Below are positions 37,889 through 47,854 of a stretch of DNA of 64,000 nt, in pieces; positions within the stretch are counted from its first letter, which is position 1, and every line of letters begins with the position of its first letter. The DNA lies in NCBI GenBank assembly GCA_943356745.1, contig CALRFT010000002.1:7124-71123 (forward strand). The letters run 5' to 3'. The DNA is from Parcubacteria group bacterium (lineage in GTDB: Bacteria; Patescibacteriota; Minisyncoccia; Phycocordibacterales; CSBR16-119). The notes beneath the pieces were generated by a model. That model worked only from the letters and a program-made list of their open reading frames with translations, ran no database searches and was not told where the DNA came from. A program made the position numbers and the translations under genes.

Positions 37889-39706
37889 TTATTTTTCGTA
37901 TTTTCGCCCTGTTTCTGGGTTGATAACAGGTGCTGGAGTCCAAGAATAATTATCTTGTGACTCTTGCGCTGATGTTTCAGAAAGCACCTCTGGTGTTACT
38001 ACCTGCTTTCGAATAACCGGCTTACCATTATACAAAATGTATTCTGGATTTGGATCAATAATCGTTCCATTTGGGTAAATAAGATTTCCTGTGGTTGCAC
38101 AATACAGGATAGGCATTTGGATATTCAACTCTGGACACATAATATTATTTATTCGTCGCACAGTTGTTTCTCTTGTAATACCTGTTGATTCTGTAATTCC
38201 CCATGGTTTAAGAATTTCATCAAATTCTTGTGTTTGGAAACGCTTCACAGCGTCAAAAGTTGCTTGTCCATAGATACCATCCACTTTCAAGTTTTCCCCC
38301 ATATATTCATTCAAGAATATCTGAAGTTTTTCAACATCTGATTTGAGATTCGCTTCACCCATTTGCATATAGGTTGTGAGATATGGTTCACATGTGGTCG
38401 CACCAAGAACTTCACCTTCTGGTTTTTCTTGTCTTGAACCACTTCGTTTACTTCCACCTCCTCCACCTCCATTATCATCTTCCCCCGAAACAACAAGTGT
38501 TACTGTTTGAGAAGACACACATCCTTCATTGTCAGTGAGTGTGATTGTGATTGTGTAGACTCCTTCATTTTGAAATGAAACCGAAGATAGATTTGAAGTG
38601 ATTGAAACCAATCCTTCCCCATCCAAATCCTCAGCAACAATTTCAAACAAAGCAAAAATTTCTTCTTCAGTAAGTGTTGTATTTTCATCAATTGTAACCG
38701 TTGATGTAATTGAAACAATAGAAGGTCCGCCAAATGCTGTACACACATCCACTGGACATTCTTCTGCTTGAAAATCAATCAAGGCAACATCTCCTGAAAA
38801 TGCCATCGCTGACACGACAGAACCTCCTGAAAAATCTACAGAGTTTGCGATTGAATCTGCTAGTTCTGAAGCGTTCACAACACCCGGAGCAACATTTACA
38901 AATAAAGTTGTTCCAACTCGTGTAATCGCAATATCAGGATTTGTCGTAATATTTGATTCACTTTCTGAAAAAGTGGAACCATCAACCATTACCGGAAACC
39001 ATTCACCACTTTGAACACTTGCATTTGTTCCAAGTGAAGCTGTAAGAGTTTCTGGAAAAGTTATTTTTGCATACACAAAACCAGATTGACATACTGGCTG
39101 TTCTTGCGAAATAACAAAAACATCAACAGTTACTGTTGTAACACAACTAACAGAATTTTGTGCTGAAAACTCAACCTGATTAAATCCAGGATTGAGTGTG
39201 ATCGAATCGATATTGTTTGAAACACTAAGTATTCCATCAATTCCAAGCCCGTCTACTGCTGTTGGGTTCACAGTATTTATTATCTGAGATGTAAAATCGT
39301 CTGCAAGAGAAATTTCTACATAATCATTTTGAATTGTAATGATTGGAGAATTTGTCTCATTGCAAATTTTTACATCAATTCTTTCAGATTCCTCTGGAAT
39401 ATCTTGAACCAAAAAATTTTCTTCCTCTTGTTCTGGAATAGTTTTTTCAAGTGGATCCACTTCTACTTGTTGTGAAAAAACAACTTCAGAATCTAAAGAA
39501 GCAATTTCTTCTTGATTCACTAATTCTTGAGAATCTGTAGATTCGACTAGTTCAATACTAGAAACTTCCTCTGATACTATTTCAGAAATACTATCAGTAA
39601 CTGTTTCTGCTTGAGCAGAAGAAAATGAAAAGAGCGAAGTCGCAAGATACAATATCGAAAACGATACTGTAGCTACGCTACGCAAAAAATGAGAATATCG
39701 CTTCAT
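37889..39706 (-). CDS. Secreted acidic protein with Ig-like repeats and C-terminal peptidoglycan-binding domain
   Basis: Signal peptide, GVYTITITLTDNEG, DVEKLQIFLN...VDGIYGQATFDAVKRFQ. Confidence 0.75.
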   Translation of the reverse strand: MKRYSHFLRSVATVSFSILYLATSLFSFSSAQAETVTDSISEIVSEEVSSIELVESTDSQELVNQEEIASLDSEVVFSQQVEVDPLEKTIPEQEEENFLVQDIPEESERIDVKICNETNSPIITIQNDYVEISLADDFTSQIINTVNPTAVDGLGIDGILSVSNNIDSITLNPGFNQVEFSAQNSVSCVTTVTVDVFVISQEQPVCQSGFVYAKITFPETLTASLGTNASVQSGEWFPVMVDGSTFSESESNITTNPDIAITRVGTTLFVNVAPGVVNASELADSIANSVDFSGGSVVSAMAFSGDVALIDFQAEECPVDVCTAFGGPSIVSITSTVTIDENTTLTEEEIFALFEIVAEDLDGEGLVSITSNLSSVSFQNEGVYTITITLTDNEGCVSSQTVTLVVSGEDDNGGGGGGSKRSGSRQEKPEGEVLGATTCEPYLTTYMQMGEANLKSDVEKLQIFLNEYMGENLKVDGIYGQATFDAVKRFQTQEFDEILKPWGITESTGITRETTVRRINNIMCPELNIQMPILYCATTGNLIYPNGTIIDPNPEYILYNGKPVIRKQVVTPEVLSETSAQESQDNYSWTPAPVINPETGRKYEK

Positions 39707-39858
39707 AATTAAAATATGTAAATTGTGACTTATAAATATATGAAAGATCAAGGGTCTATTTACCTTGTATCTTACAGATATGGACCACCCTGTCAAACCA
39801 ACAAATCAAGGCTTGCACGTCAAGACTAATCGTGTATAATATTCTCTGTTATACATAT

Positions 39859-39931
39859 GGGCCCGTAGCTTAGCTGGTAGAGCGCCCGCCTTGCACGCGG
39901 GAGGTCAGGAGTTCGAATCTCCTCGGGTCCA
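39859..39931 (+). tRNA. tRNA-Ala (TGC)
   Basis: GGGCCCG/CGGGTCC acceptor with G3-U70, CCCGC-CTTGCAC-GCGGG arm. Confidence 0.96.
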
Positions 39932-40015
39932 CAATATATAAAAACCGGAGAAATCCGGTTTTTTATATTTTTTTACCAAGAACAAAATTTGTTTATTTTA
40001 ATTACTAATACGTGT

Positions 40016-40948
40016 TTAAATTTTATTCAAAATTATTTTCTGTTGTTCAATTTTCCAGTTAATATCTTGCAACTTTAATTCTAAATCTTTAAATTCTGAT
40101 GAAAATTTTTTATATGTATTTTGATAATCTAAACCAGCTTGTTGAGCTTCAATTTCTAATAAAGAAATATCATATTCATATTTACGATTAATTTCTGCCT
40201 TCATTGCATTTGCCTGAACTATAGACATTCCGGGCGCATTATTAACTTTTTGTAAGTCTTCAAGATATTTTTTTTGTCTATCTATTATCTTCTGGTCTAT
40301 ATCAGATTTATATAAATTATAATCTTTATTTAAATCTTCAATTTCATCATTAATATCATTCATTTGATATTGAATTTTACCGTAATACTCTGTTAGTCCT
40401 GCGATTTTATCTTGAGCTTCTTTTTGTTCACGTGTAAGATTTTTTACTGAAGACTTCACATTTTCGATAGCTAGAGTTTTACTTTCGAGAGAATCTTGCT
40501 CAATTTTAACTATACTAGAGTTTATCTTCTTTTCACTTTTTAAAGAGATATCTTGATTAGTATCTAAAATATCTTCCGTTGGTTTAATTTCTTGTGGAGA
40601 ATTTTCTTTTGATTTAGATAAACTTTCTTTTATTACAGAAACTCTATCATTAACTAATGTATTAAATTCGACATCTAAATTATTAGTATATTTATCAAGC
40701 TTAGTCATTCTTTCCTCTACCTTTCTTTTAATAGAGAGCTTTTTAAAATCATCAACTTCAGACTCATAGGTAAGTAAATCATCCTCTGAAAATTCAAGTA
40801 TTTTTTGTACTTTTTTTTCGGGAGAGAAAGTAAAAAATAATGATATTTTTTGTATAAAAAGATTGGGATTTTTATCTTTCGCAGCAAAAACCAGTCCTGG
40901 GGTTATCAAAAATGTAAAAATAAAGCTTAATATAATTATTTTCTTCAT
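40016..40948 (-). CDS. Secreted coiled-coil hypothetical protein
   Basis: Signal peptide, very AT-rich, heptad-rich. Confidence 0.65.
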   Translation of the reverse strand: MKKIIILSFIFTFLITPGLVFAAKDKNPNLFIQKISLFFTFSPEKKVQKILEFSEDDLLTYESEVDDFKKLSIKRKVEERMTKLDKYTNNLDVEFNTLVNDRVSVIKESLSKSKENSPQEIKPTEDILDTNQDISLKSEKKINSSIVKIEQDSLESKTLAIENVKSSVKNLTREQKEAQDKIAGLTEYYGKIQYQMNDINDEIEDLNKDYNLYKSDIDQKIIDRQKKYLEDLQKVNNAPGMSIVQANAMKAEINRKYEYDISLLEIEAQQAGLDYQNTYKKFSSEFKDLELKLQDINWKIEQQKIILNKI

Positions 40949-41036
40949 ATTACATATTGTATATATAAACAAAAGATAATCAAATGTTTTTTATTTTGTG
41001 AATACAAAGAAAAAAGATAGTGGTAGAATGAATTAT

Positions 41037-41477
41037 ATGACAATACAATCTTTTGATTCAAAGCTTATTAGATTTTTTAGAAAAATAAGTATACCTTCTG
41101 CACGTTTTGGTTTATTTGTAGTTTTCTTTTGGTTTGGAGCCCTCAAGGTGCTTGGTCTCAGCCCCGCGAGTGGACTCGTTCAGAGTTTGTTCGAACAAAC
41201 AATTCCATTCATTTCTTTTTCAACTTTCTTAGTTCTCTTTGGTTTATTTGAATGTCTCATTGGTATTCTTTTCCTCATTAAAGGAATGGAACGAATCGTA
41301 ATCCCCCTTCTTCTCATTCACATGATCACAACTTTTGGACCACTTGTATATCTTCCACAAGACAGCTGGCAAAGCTTCATGGTTCCAACACTTGCAGGAC
41401 AATATATTATCAAAAATCTTGTCATTGTCGCAGCGGGAATTGGAATTGCAGCACATCTCCACCCACTGAAAAAATAA
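41037..41477 (+). CDS. DoxX/YkgB-like membrane protein
   Basis: FFWFGALK, GQYIIKNLV. Confidence 0.8.
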   Translation: MTIQSFDSKLIRFFRKISIPSARFGLFVVFFWFGALKVLGLSPASGLVQSLFEQTIPFISFSTFLVLFGLFECLIGILFLIKGMERIVIPLLLIHMITTFGPLVYLPQDSWQSFMVPTLAGQYIIKNLVIVAAGIGIAAHLHPLKK

Positions 41478-41507
41478 AACAAAAAAAACCCGCCTTGTGC
41501 GGGTTTT

Positions 41508-42542
41508 TTATTGTTCTTTCCTTTTTAAAAGACGAGCAACTCTAGAGAAAATAAATTCATCGGGTGATGAACCTGTGTATTCAAGTCCTCTATACAAAGG
41601 AGCTTGTTCGTGAAGCTCTGGATTATCCTGAACACTAATCACATACAAACCTTTTGGAGACATAATGAAATGGAATACAGCTGTATCATCAAGATTAAAA
41701 TCGTTATGGAGTTCGTGTGTCAGTTCTTCAATAAGTTGTTTAATTTTTGGAGAAATCTGAATAGCAGGTATCATTTCAAAACTTCCTGTTCGACTCGTGT
41801 GGTGAGTAAACATTTCTTTACCATGACGAACCTCGTGTGGAGGAATAATATATTTTTCTTTTCCTCGAAATTCTGGAATAGCACTTGAAACAAACTCTCG
41901 TCCCTGAATGTATTCTTCCACTAAAACATCATCAACATCAAGTGAGATTATTCGAAGTGCAGTAAGAAGTTCTGGGAAAGTTTTTGCAAGATACGTATGA
42001 AATCGCGCTGAAAAGGCAACTGGTTTTACAACCCAAGGCCCAGGAAGTTTTCCAAACACCTCAAATGCTTTCTCTTCGATATGTCTTTCTCGCATATCTT
42101 CTTCCATATCACCTGTATATACATTTTCGAGTTGAATATGATCTGGAGTTTGAAGTCCAAGATCTTTTATTCTTTGTTTCAACCGAGCTCGATTGAAGGT
42201 AAGATCCGCAGTAACAGGATCTGAACCAAGGTATGGAATTTTAAGAGTTTCTAGATGATGCTGAATACTTCCGTTGTCTCCGTGAATAGTAAGCCAAGCA
42301 AGATCGATATAATCTGCTAAAAACTTTTCATTAATTTCCCTTCCATCAACATGCCAGATTCCATCTCGATCAATCAAAACATCAACTACCTTATAAGCAT
42401 GTTTATTTTGAAGACGTTTGAGAATTTCAGCACCTGTTTTAAGAGAGAGTTCAAATTCTGGAGTTTGTCCACCACGAATAACCCCAACCTTTGTTTGGTG
42501 CGAAAATACATCCGAGAAAGAAGTTGATTGATACTTCGACAT
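41508..42542 (-). CDS. D-Ala-D-Ala ligase-like ATP-grasp protein (degenerate)
   Basis: GGQTPEFELSLKTG, IHG, VVKP, VEEYIQGRE. Confidence 0.75.
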   Translation of the reverse strand: MSKYQSTSFSDVFSHQTKVGVIRGGQTPEFELSLKTGAEILKRLQNKHAYKVVDVLIDRDGIWHVDGREINEKFLADYIDLAWLTIHGDNGSIQHHLETLKIPYLGSDPVTADLTFNRARLKQRIKDLGLQTPDHIQLENVYTGDMEEDMRERHIEEKAFEVFGKLPGPWVVKPVAFSARFHTYLAKTFPELLTALRIISLDVDDVLVEEYIQGREFVSSAIPEFRGKEKYIIPPHEVRHGKEMFTHHTSRTGSFEMIPAIQISPKIKQLIEELTHELHNDFNLDDTAVFHFIMSPKGLYVISVQDNPELHEQAPLYRGLEYTGSSPDEFIFSRVARLLKRKEQ

Positions 42543-42587
42543 GTTTTTATTATACAACGAAATTATATAACAAACTGTTGAAAGTTT

Positions 42588-43802
42588 TTATATTTTTGAT
42601 CGTCGCTTTCTATGAAATTCAACAGCAAACCGATGAGCCTCTGCGTTAGCTAGAATAATTTCACTTTTATACTTTTCAGTAAATTTTTTAAGACCTAGAA
42701 TTCCTTTTGGTTTATGCTTTTCGTTTTTTACAACAGCAACCACTGGAATTTGAATCCCTTTCAAATTAAGAATCGATTCAAGTTTTGATTTTTGAGGAAG
42801 TGCACCATCTACCACAATAAGGTTTGGGAACTGCCACTCTGTATGCGCAAGTCTTCTTGTAAAAACTTCCCCAAGTGCCCCAATGTCATTCGCACTTGTA
42901 AATCCTTTCACAATAAATTTTCGATATTCTTGTTTGTTTGGTTCTCCATTTTCAATCACTGTCATAACACCGACCATATTTGTTCCTGAAATATGAGCAA
43001 TATCGTAACTTTCAATACGGAAATCAGAAACACGTTTTTCTATGTCTTCTTTTTTAATAAGAGATACATCTTTAATATGTTCAAGAGCAAAAATTTTCTT
43101 TTTAATTTCATTTGCTTTTTCAAACAAAAGTTTTTTTGCATACATATCCATTTCTTTTTTCAAAGCAAGAAGAAGAGTTTGTTTCTTACCCTTAAAAAAT
43201 AAAATAATATGCTTAATTGTTTCGTTGTAACGTTTTTGAATTTCGCTATTTCCAAGATCGGGCGCAAGTTTGATTTGTCTATAAAATTCAGCCTGATCTT
43301 TCTTAATCGAATCTTTATCATTAAATGGAAAAATCTTTCGAATGATTCGAAGTGCTTCTTTGAGTTGTGAACCATATGGAAAAGGACCAAATTTATGTGA
43401 AATTGAAAGTTCTTTTTGGGTAACTTTTTTTTCAATATCACGCCCACGCATGATAAGCACTCTTGGAAAATCTTCTTTTGTAACAACGACAAAATAAAAT
43501 GTTTTATCATCTTTTCCAATCGCATTATATTTTGGTTTATGTTTTGAAATGAGATTTGCCTCAAGAATAAGAGCTTCAAGTACCGAATCTGTAATTTCGT
43601 ATCTCACTGTTTTTGCAAGTGTCACCATATCCACAAGGCGCTTACCTCGCTCTTCTACCAAGTCATTAGAAAAGTAACTTCGCACTCTGTCTTTGAGCGA
43701 AGTTGCTTTTCCAATATATAAAATAGTATTTTTTTCATCGACAAAGATATACACTCCTGGCTTATCTGGAAACTGAAGTGAGTCGAATTCAGACTTTTTC
43801 AT
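42588..43802 (-). CDS. uvrC: Excinuclease ABC subunit C (short form)
   Basis: GIY-YIG (PGVY...YIGKA), ESYDIAHISG, VVDG, EAHRFA; no HhH tail. Confidence 0.9.
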   Translation of the reverse strand: MKKSEFDSLQFPDKPGVYIFVDEKNTILYIGKATSLKDRVRSYFSNDLVEERGKRLVDMVTLAKTVRYEITDSVLEALILEANLISKHKPKYNAIGKDDKTFYFVVVTKEDFPRVLIMRGRDIEKKVTQKELSISHKFGPFPYGSQLKEALRIIRKIFPFNDKDSIKKDQAEFYRQIKLAPDLGNSEIQKRYNETIKHIILFFKGKKQTLLLALKKEMDMYAKKLLFEKANEIKKKIFALEHIKDVSLIKKEDIEKRVSDFRIESYDIAHISGTNMVGVMTVIENGEPNKQEYRKFIVKGFTSANDIGALGEVFTRRLAHTEWQFPNLIVVDGALPQKSKLESILNLKGIQIPVVAVVKNEKHKPKGILGLKKFTEKYKSEIILANAEAHRFAVEFHRKRRSKI

Positions 43803-43826
43803 AGGTTTTGTAGTATATATCAAAAA

Positions 43827-45026
43827 TTACTCTTCTGGAATACATTCTGTATATACAGTAATAATACCTTCTGGAACAGGATTGCACACACGCTTGAAAA
43901 GTAAATCAAAATCTTTGGTATTTTCATCGAAAATATTCCATGAGATTTTATGTGTTCTTCCTTTGTATTGATTAGCGGTATCTAGTGCTTCTTCTGTTAT
44001 ATACAAATTACTCAATGACCTTACGACGATTCTATCTGAGGTTTGCGGAGCTGGATACGCTTTCCCATCACGAAGATCAAGAAGATATGCTGGTCCATTT
44101 GGAACAACATATGTTCTATAAAAATTTGAAAACAAAGGTGGAGCTTGAAAAAAAGAAGGAGTGATAATTTCTTTCAAAAAGTCCGGAGCAGACGAATCTA
44201 TAAAAGGAGATCTATCAAAAGACGAAACTGGTTCTAAAGCATAATCTTGAAATGTTGGAGGAACATAGACATAGTCACCTGTTTCTATGGTGAAAAATTC
44301 ACTTGTTGCAGAATATGTATTATTCGCATACGAAATAGTCAGTTGATATTTGTGAGGTTCAAGAAAATTAACAACAGGCAACAAACAGCTCTGATTTGTA
44401 TACTCAGCAGAACTTTCTTCAAGAAAATCTGGAATCAGCCAAGAAATTTCTTGTGACTCACCCTTGCTTTCAAGCCCAGCTACACAATGAAGAGAGAAAG
44501 TATGTTCTTTTTGATTTGTTTCAATATTATATACATCCATCATTGCAGTATTAAAAAGTGAGGGATTAATCCCACAAAGTTCCCAAGAAAAAACAAGTGT
44601 TTCTCCAACTTGAAATACGCCATCTTTTTCAGGTGTCAGCATTTTTATAAACGGACTTCCTCCACACGTTAAAGAATCGGAAGGTGTATTATCTTCTTCT
44701 GAATTTTCTGAAAGCATAAAATCATCTGGCGACAGGGGTGTAAATTCATTTGGATTAAATGTTTGGAAACGAGAATCTACAAGAATTTGAGCAATACTTA
44801 CAATCGCAACAAGAGCAACAAAAACTGCCACGATGACAAGTATAGTTATTTTTTTCTTATTCAAAGGTTGCTTTATTGGTTCTTCCGAAACTTCTTCTTT
44901 ATTTTCTTCTTTATTAAAAAGTAAAGGAGAATTAAAGCCTGGTTGAATTTCAGGTGTTTTTGTTGGTTCCGGTGGAACAATTATTTCTTTTTGTTCTTCA
45001 TTGTTTTGAGGAGTTTGTTGGTTCAT
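43827..45026 (-). CDS. Single-TM hypothetical protein with Ig-like extracellular region
   Basis: TM helix at about aa 60-83, then beta-rich region. Confidence 0.7.
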   Translation of the reverse strand: MNQQTPQNNEEQKEIIVPPEPTKTPEIQPGFNSPLLFNKEENKEEVSEEPIKQPLNKKKITILVIVAVFVALVAIVSIAQILVDSRFQTFNPNEFTPLSPDDFMLSENSEEDNTPSDSLTCGGSPFIKMLTPEKDGVFQVGETLVFSWELCGINPSLFNTAMMDVYNIETNQKEHTFSLHCVAGLESKGESQEISWLIPDFLEESSAEYTNQSCLLPVVNFLEPHKYQLTISYANNTYSATSEFFTIETGDYVYVPPTFQDYALEPVSSFDRSPFIDSSAPDFLKEIITPSFFQAPPLFSNFYRTYVVPNGPAYLLDLRDGKAYPAPQTSDRIVVRSLSNLYITEEALDTANQYKGRTHKISWNIFDENTKDFDLLFKRVCNPVPEGIITVYTECIPEE

Positions 45027-45073
45027 GTGTATATTATAGCAAACAAAAAAGACCTTTCGGTCTTTTTTGTTTG

Positions 45074-47740
45074 CTATTTGTTACTCATCGCTTTTTTTGT
45101 TTTTGCAAGAACTTTCTTAAGATAGTGTCCAGTATGAGATTTTGGATTATTTGCAATTTCCTCGGGCGTTCCTTTAGCAATTACTTTTCCACCTCCAATA
45201 CCTCCCTCTGGCCCCATGTCGATAATATAATCGGCTGTTTTAATAAGATCGAGATTGTGTTCAATAGTTACTACCGAGTTCCCTTTTGAAAGAAGTTTTT
45301 GAATAACCTGAATCAAGTTTTGAACATCATCATAATGAAGTCCAACTGTTGGCTCATCAAGAAGATATAGTCCTTTTTCCACAAATGGTCGATACAACTC
45401 TGATGCAATTTTCACACGTTGAGCTTCTCCACCAGAAAGCGTTGTCGCTGGTTGTCCAATTTTGATATACCCAAGTCCAACATCATCAAGAGTTTTGAGT
45501 CTGTCATAAATCGCTGGAATTTCTTTAAAGAATTCAATTCCTTCTTCAACAGTCATTTCCAGAATATCATGAATACTTTTATCTTTGTATTTTACTTTCA
45601 AAGTTTCTTTTTCAAACCGTTTTCCTTCACAAACATCACAAGTGACATACACTGTTGGCAAGAAGTGCATCTCAACAGCAACCACTCCTTTTCCTTCACA
45701 AGCTTCACATCGTCCACCTTTTACATTGAAAGAAAAACGATTTGATTTCCAACCTCGCAAACGCGCCTCACTTGTTTCAGTGAATATATCTCGAATATGC
45801 GTCCACGCTCCCGTGTAAGTCGCAACATTTGACCGAGGTGTTCTTCCAATTGGACTTTGATCAATCAAGATTGCTCTGTTGAGTAAATCCAAACCTTCAA
45901 TTGACGCACAGTTGTACACTTTTGCAGACCGATATTTTCTATCGAAACGAGCCTGAATATTTTTATGAAGAACTTCATACATAAATGAAGATTTTCCAGA
46001 CCCTGAAACTCCAGTAATACAAACCATTTTTCCGAGTGGAATTTCAAAATTTTGATTTTCAATATTATTTACCGTCGCACCTTTTACAACAATTTTTCCT
46101 TTATCTGCGGTTCTTCGTGATTCAGGAAGTGGGATATATGCTTCTTCTCGAAGATATTTCAAAGTTCTACTTTTTGCATCATCTCCTGTTAAAGTTTTCT
46201 TTGAAAGAAGCTCGTTTAAATATCCAGATGTTACAACATTTCCTCCATGAACTCCTGCCCCAGGACCAATATCAACAATATAGTCAGCCGCATAGAGCGT
46301 GTCTTCATCGTGCTCAACAACAATCACAGTATTTCCAATATCTCTCAAATCAAGCAAGGTATCAATAAGTTTGTCATTATCTCTTTGATGAAGTCCGATT
46401 GTTGGTTCATCCAAAACATACATTGCCCCAACAAGTCTACTTCCAAGTTGTGAAGCGAGACGAATACGCTGTGATTCTCCACCAGAAAGTGTATTTGCTT
46501 TTCGATCAAGAGTCAGATAATCAAGACCGACATTCAACATGAAAATAAGTCTATCTTGAATTTCTTTCAAAATAACTTTCGCAATTTCACGTTCTTTATC
46601 GGTAAGTTTTACTTGAGTAATAAAATCATACGCATCTTTTACAGAAAGATTTGTAAACTTCAAAATATTCACCGCACCCTGCTCTTTTGGACCAAGAAAA
46701 ATATTCAAAGCTTCTTCTCGAAGTCTTGCACCCTGACAAGTGTCACATGGCTCATCTCCAAATAAATGCTTTGTTCCAAGACCATTACAAGCCGGACATG
46801 CTCCGTATGGAGAATTGAAAGAAAAAAGTCTTGGTTCTACTTCCGGGAAAGTGTATCCATCTTCTGGAGAAACAAGTTTTGCAGAAAGAAATGTTTCTTC
46901 AATTTTTTCAGTTTTCTTTTCGTCTGGCTCACCGACAATAATTCGAACAAAACCGGAAGCTTCGTCAATTGCCTTTTCAACCGCTTCGCCGAGACGCATT
47001 TCAAAATCATCTTTATTGTCAGAAAATTCGTGAACTGCAAGAGAGTCAACCAAAAGGTCAATATCATGCTTTTTGGTTTTGGTCATTATAATTTGATCAC
47101 GAAGTTTTTTAACTCGTCCATCGAGACGAATTTCTGAATATCCTTTTCCAAGATAGTCATACAACATTTGATAATGTTCACCTTTTCTCCCTCGAACAAT
47201 CGGGGCGTAAATATGAATCATTGTATCATCAAAAGAAACACCCATGATTTCTTTTTTGTTTCCTCGATCAGCGATAATCCGAACTTGTTTTTTAACAAAT
47301 TCCATAATTTCTTGATTTGAAAGTTTTTTTACTTCCTTTCCTGAAATTGGAGAATATGGACGTCCAATACGTGCATACAAAACCCGAAGATAATCATAAA
47401 TTTCGGTAATTGTTGCAACTGTTGAACGCGGATTATTTGATCGTGTTTTTTGATCAATTGATATCGCAGGAGAAAGTCCAGAAATTTCATCCAGATCTGG
47501 TTTTGGCATTTGTCCCAAAAATTGTCTTGCATATGCCGACAAAGATTCAACGTACCGTCTTTGGCCTTCCGCAAAAATAGTATCAAACGCGAGTGATGAT
47601 TTCCCAGATCCTGAAAGACCCGTAATAACCACCATCTTATCTCGTGGCATTTCAACAGTAATATTTTTGAGATTGTGAGTTCTCGCACCTCGAACCACAA
47701 TCATCTTTTCGTCTTCTTTTTTGTTAATTTTTTTAACCAT
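45074..47740 (-). CDS. uvrA: Excinuclease ABC subunit A
   Basis: Two ABC modules ([18 protein letters not shown]; [13 protein letters not shown]), FSFN motifs. Confidence 0.98.
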   Translation of the reverse strand: MVKKINKKEDEKMIVVRGARTHNLKNITVEMPRDKMVVITGLSGSGKSSLAFDTIFAEGQRRYVESLSAYARQFLGQMPKPDLDEISGLSPAISIDQKTRSNNPRSTVATITEIYDYLRVLYARIGRPYSPISGKEVKKLSNQEIMEFVKKQVRIIADRGNKKEIMGVSFDDTMIHIYAPIVRGRKGEHYQMLYDYLGKGYSEIRLDGRVKKLRDQIIMTKTKKHDIDLLVDSLAVHEFSDNKDDFEMRLGEAVEKAIDEASGFVRIIVGEPDEKKTEKIEETFLSAKLVSPEDGYTFPEVEPRLFSFNSPYGACPACNGLGTKHLFGDEPCDTCQGARLREEALNIFLGPKEQGAVNILKFTNLSVKDAYDFITQVKLTDKEREIAKVILKEIQDRLIFMLNVGLDYLTLDRKANTLSGGESQRIRLASQLGSRLVGAMYVLDEPTIGLHQRDNDKLIDTLLDLRDIGNTVIVVEHDEDTLYAADYIVDIGPGAGVHGGNVVTSGYLNELLSKKTLTGDDAKSRTLKYLREEAYIPLPESRRTADKGKIVVKGATVNNIENQNFEIPLGKMVCITGVSGSGKSSFMYEVLHKNIQARFDRKYRSAKVYNCASIEGLDLLNRAILIDQSPIGRTPRSNVATYTGAWTHIRDIFTETSEARLRGWKSNRFSFNVKGGRCEACEGKGVVAVEMHFLPTVYVTCDVCEGKRFEKETLKVKYKDKSIHDILEMTVEEGIEFFKEIPAIYDRLKTLDDVGLGYIKIGQPATTLSGGEAQRVKIASELYRPFVEKGLYLLDEPTVGLHYDDVQNLIQVIQKLLSKGNSVVTIEHNLDLIKTADYIIDMGPEGGIGGGKVIAKGTPEEIANNPKSHTGHYLKKVLAKTKKAMSNK

Positions 47741-47854
47741 AGAATTTGACCCCACCAGTTGTTCCTAGGGGGTGTATATAAATTTATTATTACTATATCG
47801 AAACTATACCACAACAAGAAACAATACAAAACCCCGCGTTTTGCGGGGTTTTTC

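Noticed and set aside
39932-40972. Second integrative element at tRNA-Ala
   Set aside because: The neighbouring gene is AT-rich, but I found no integrase and no duplicated tRNA 3' end.
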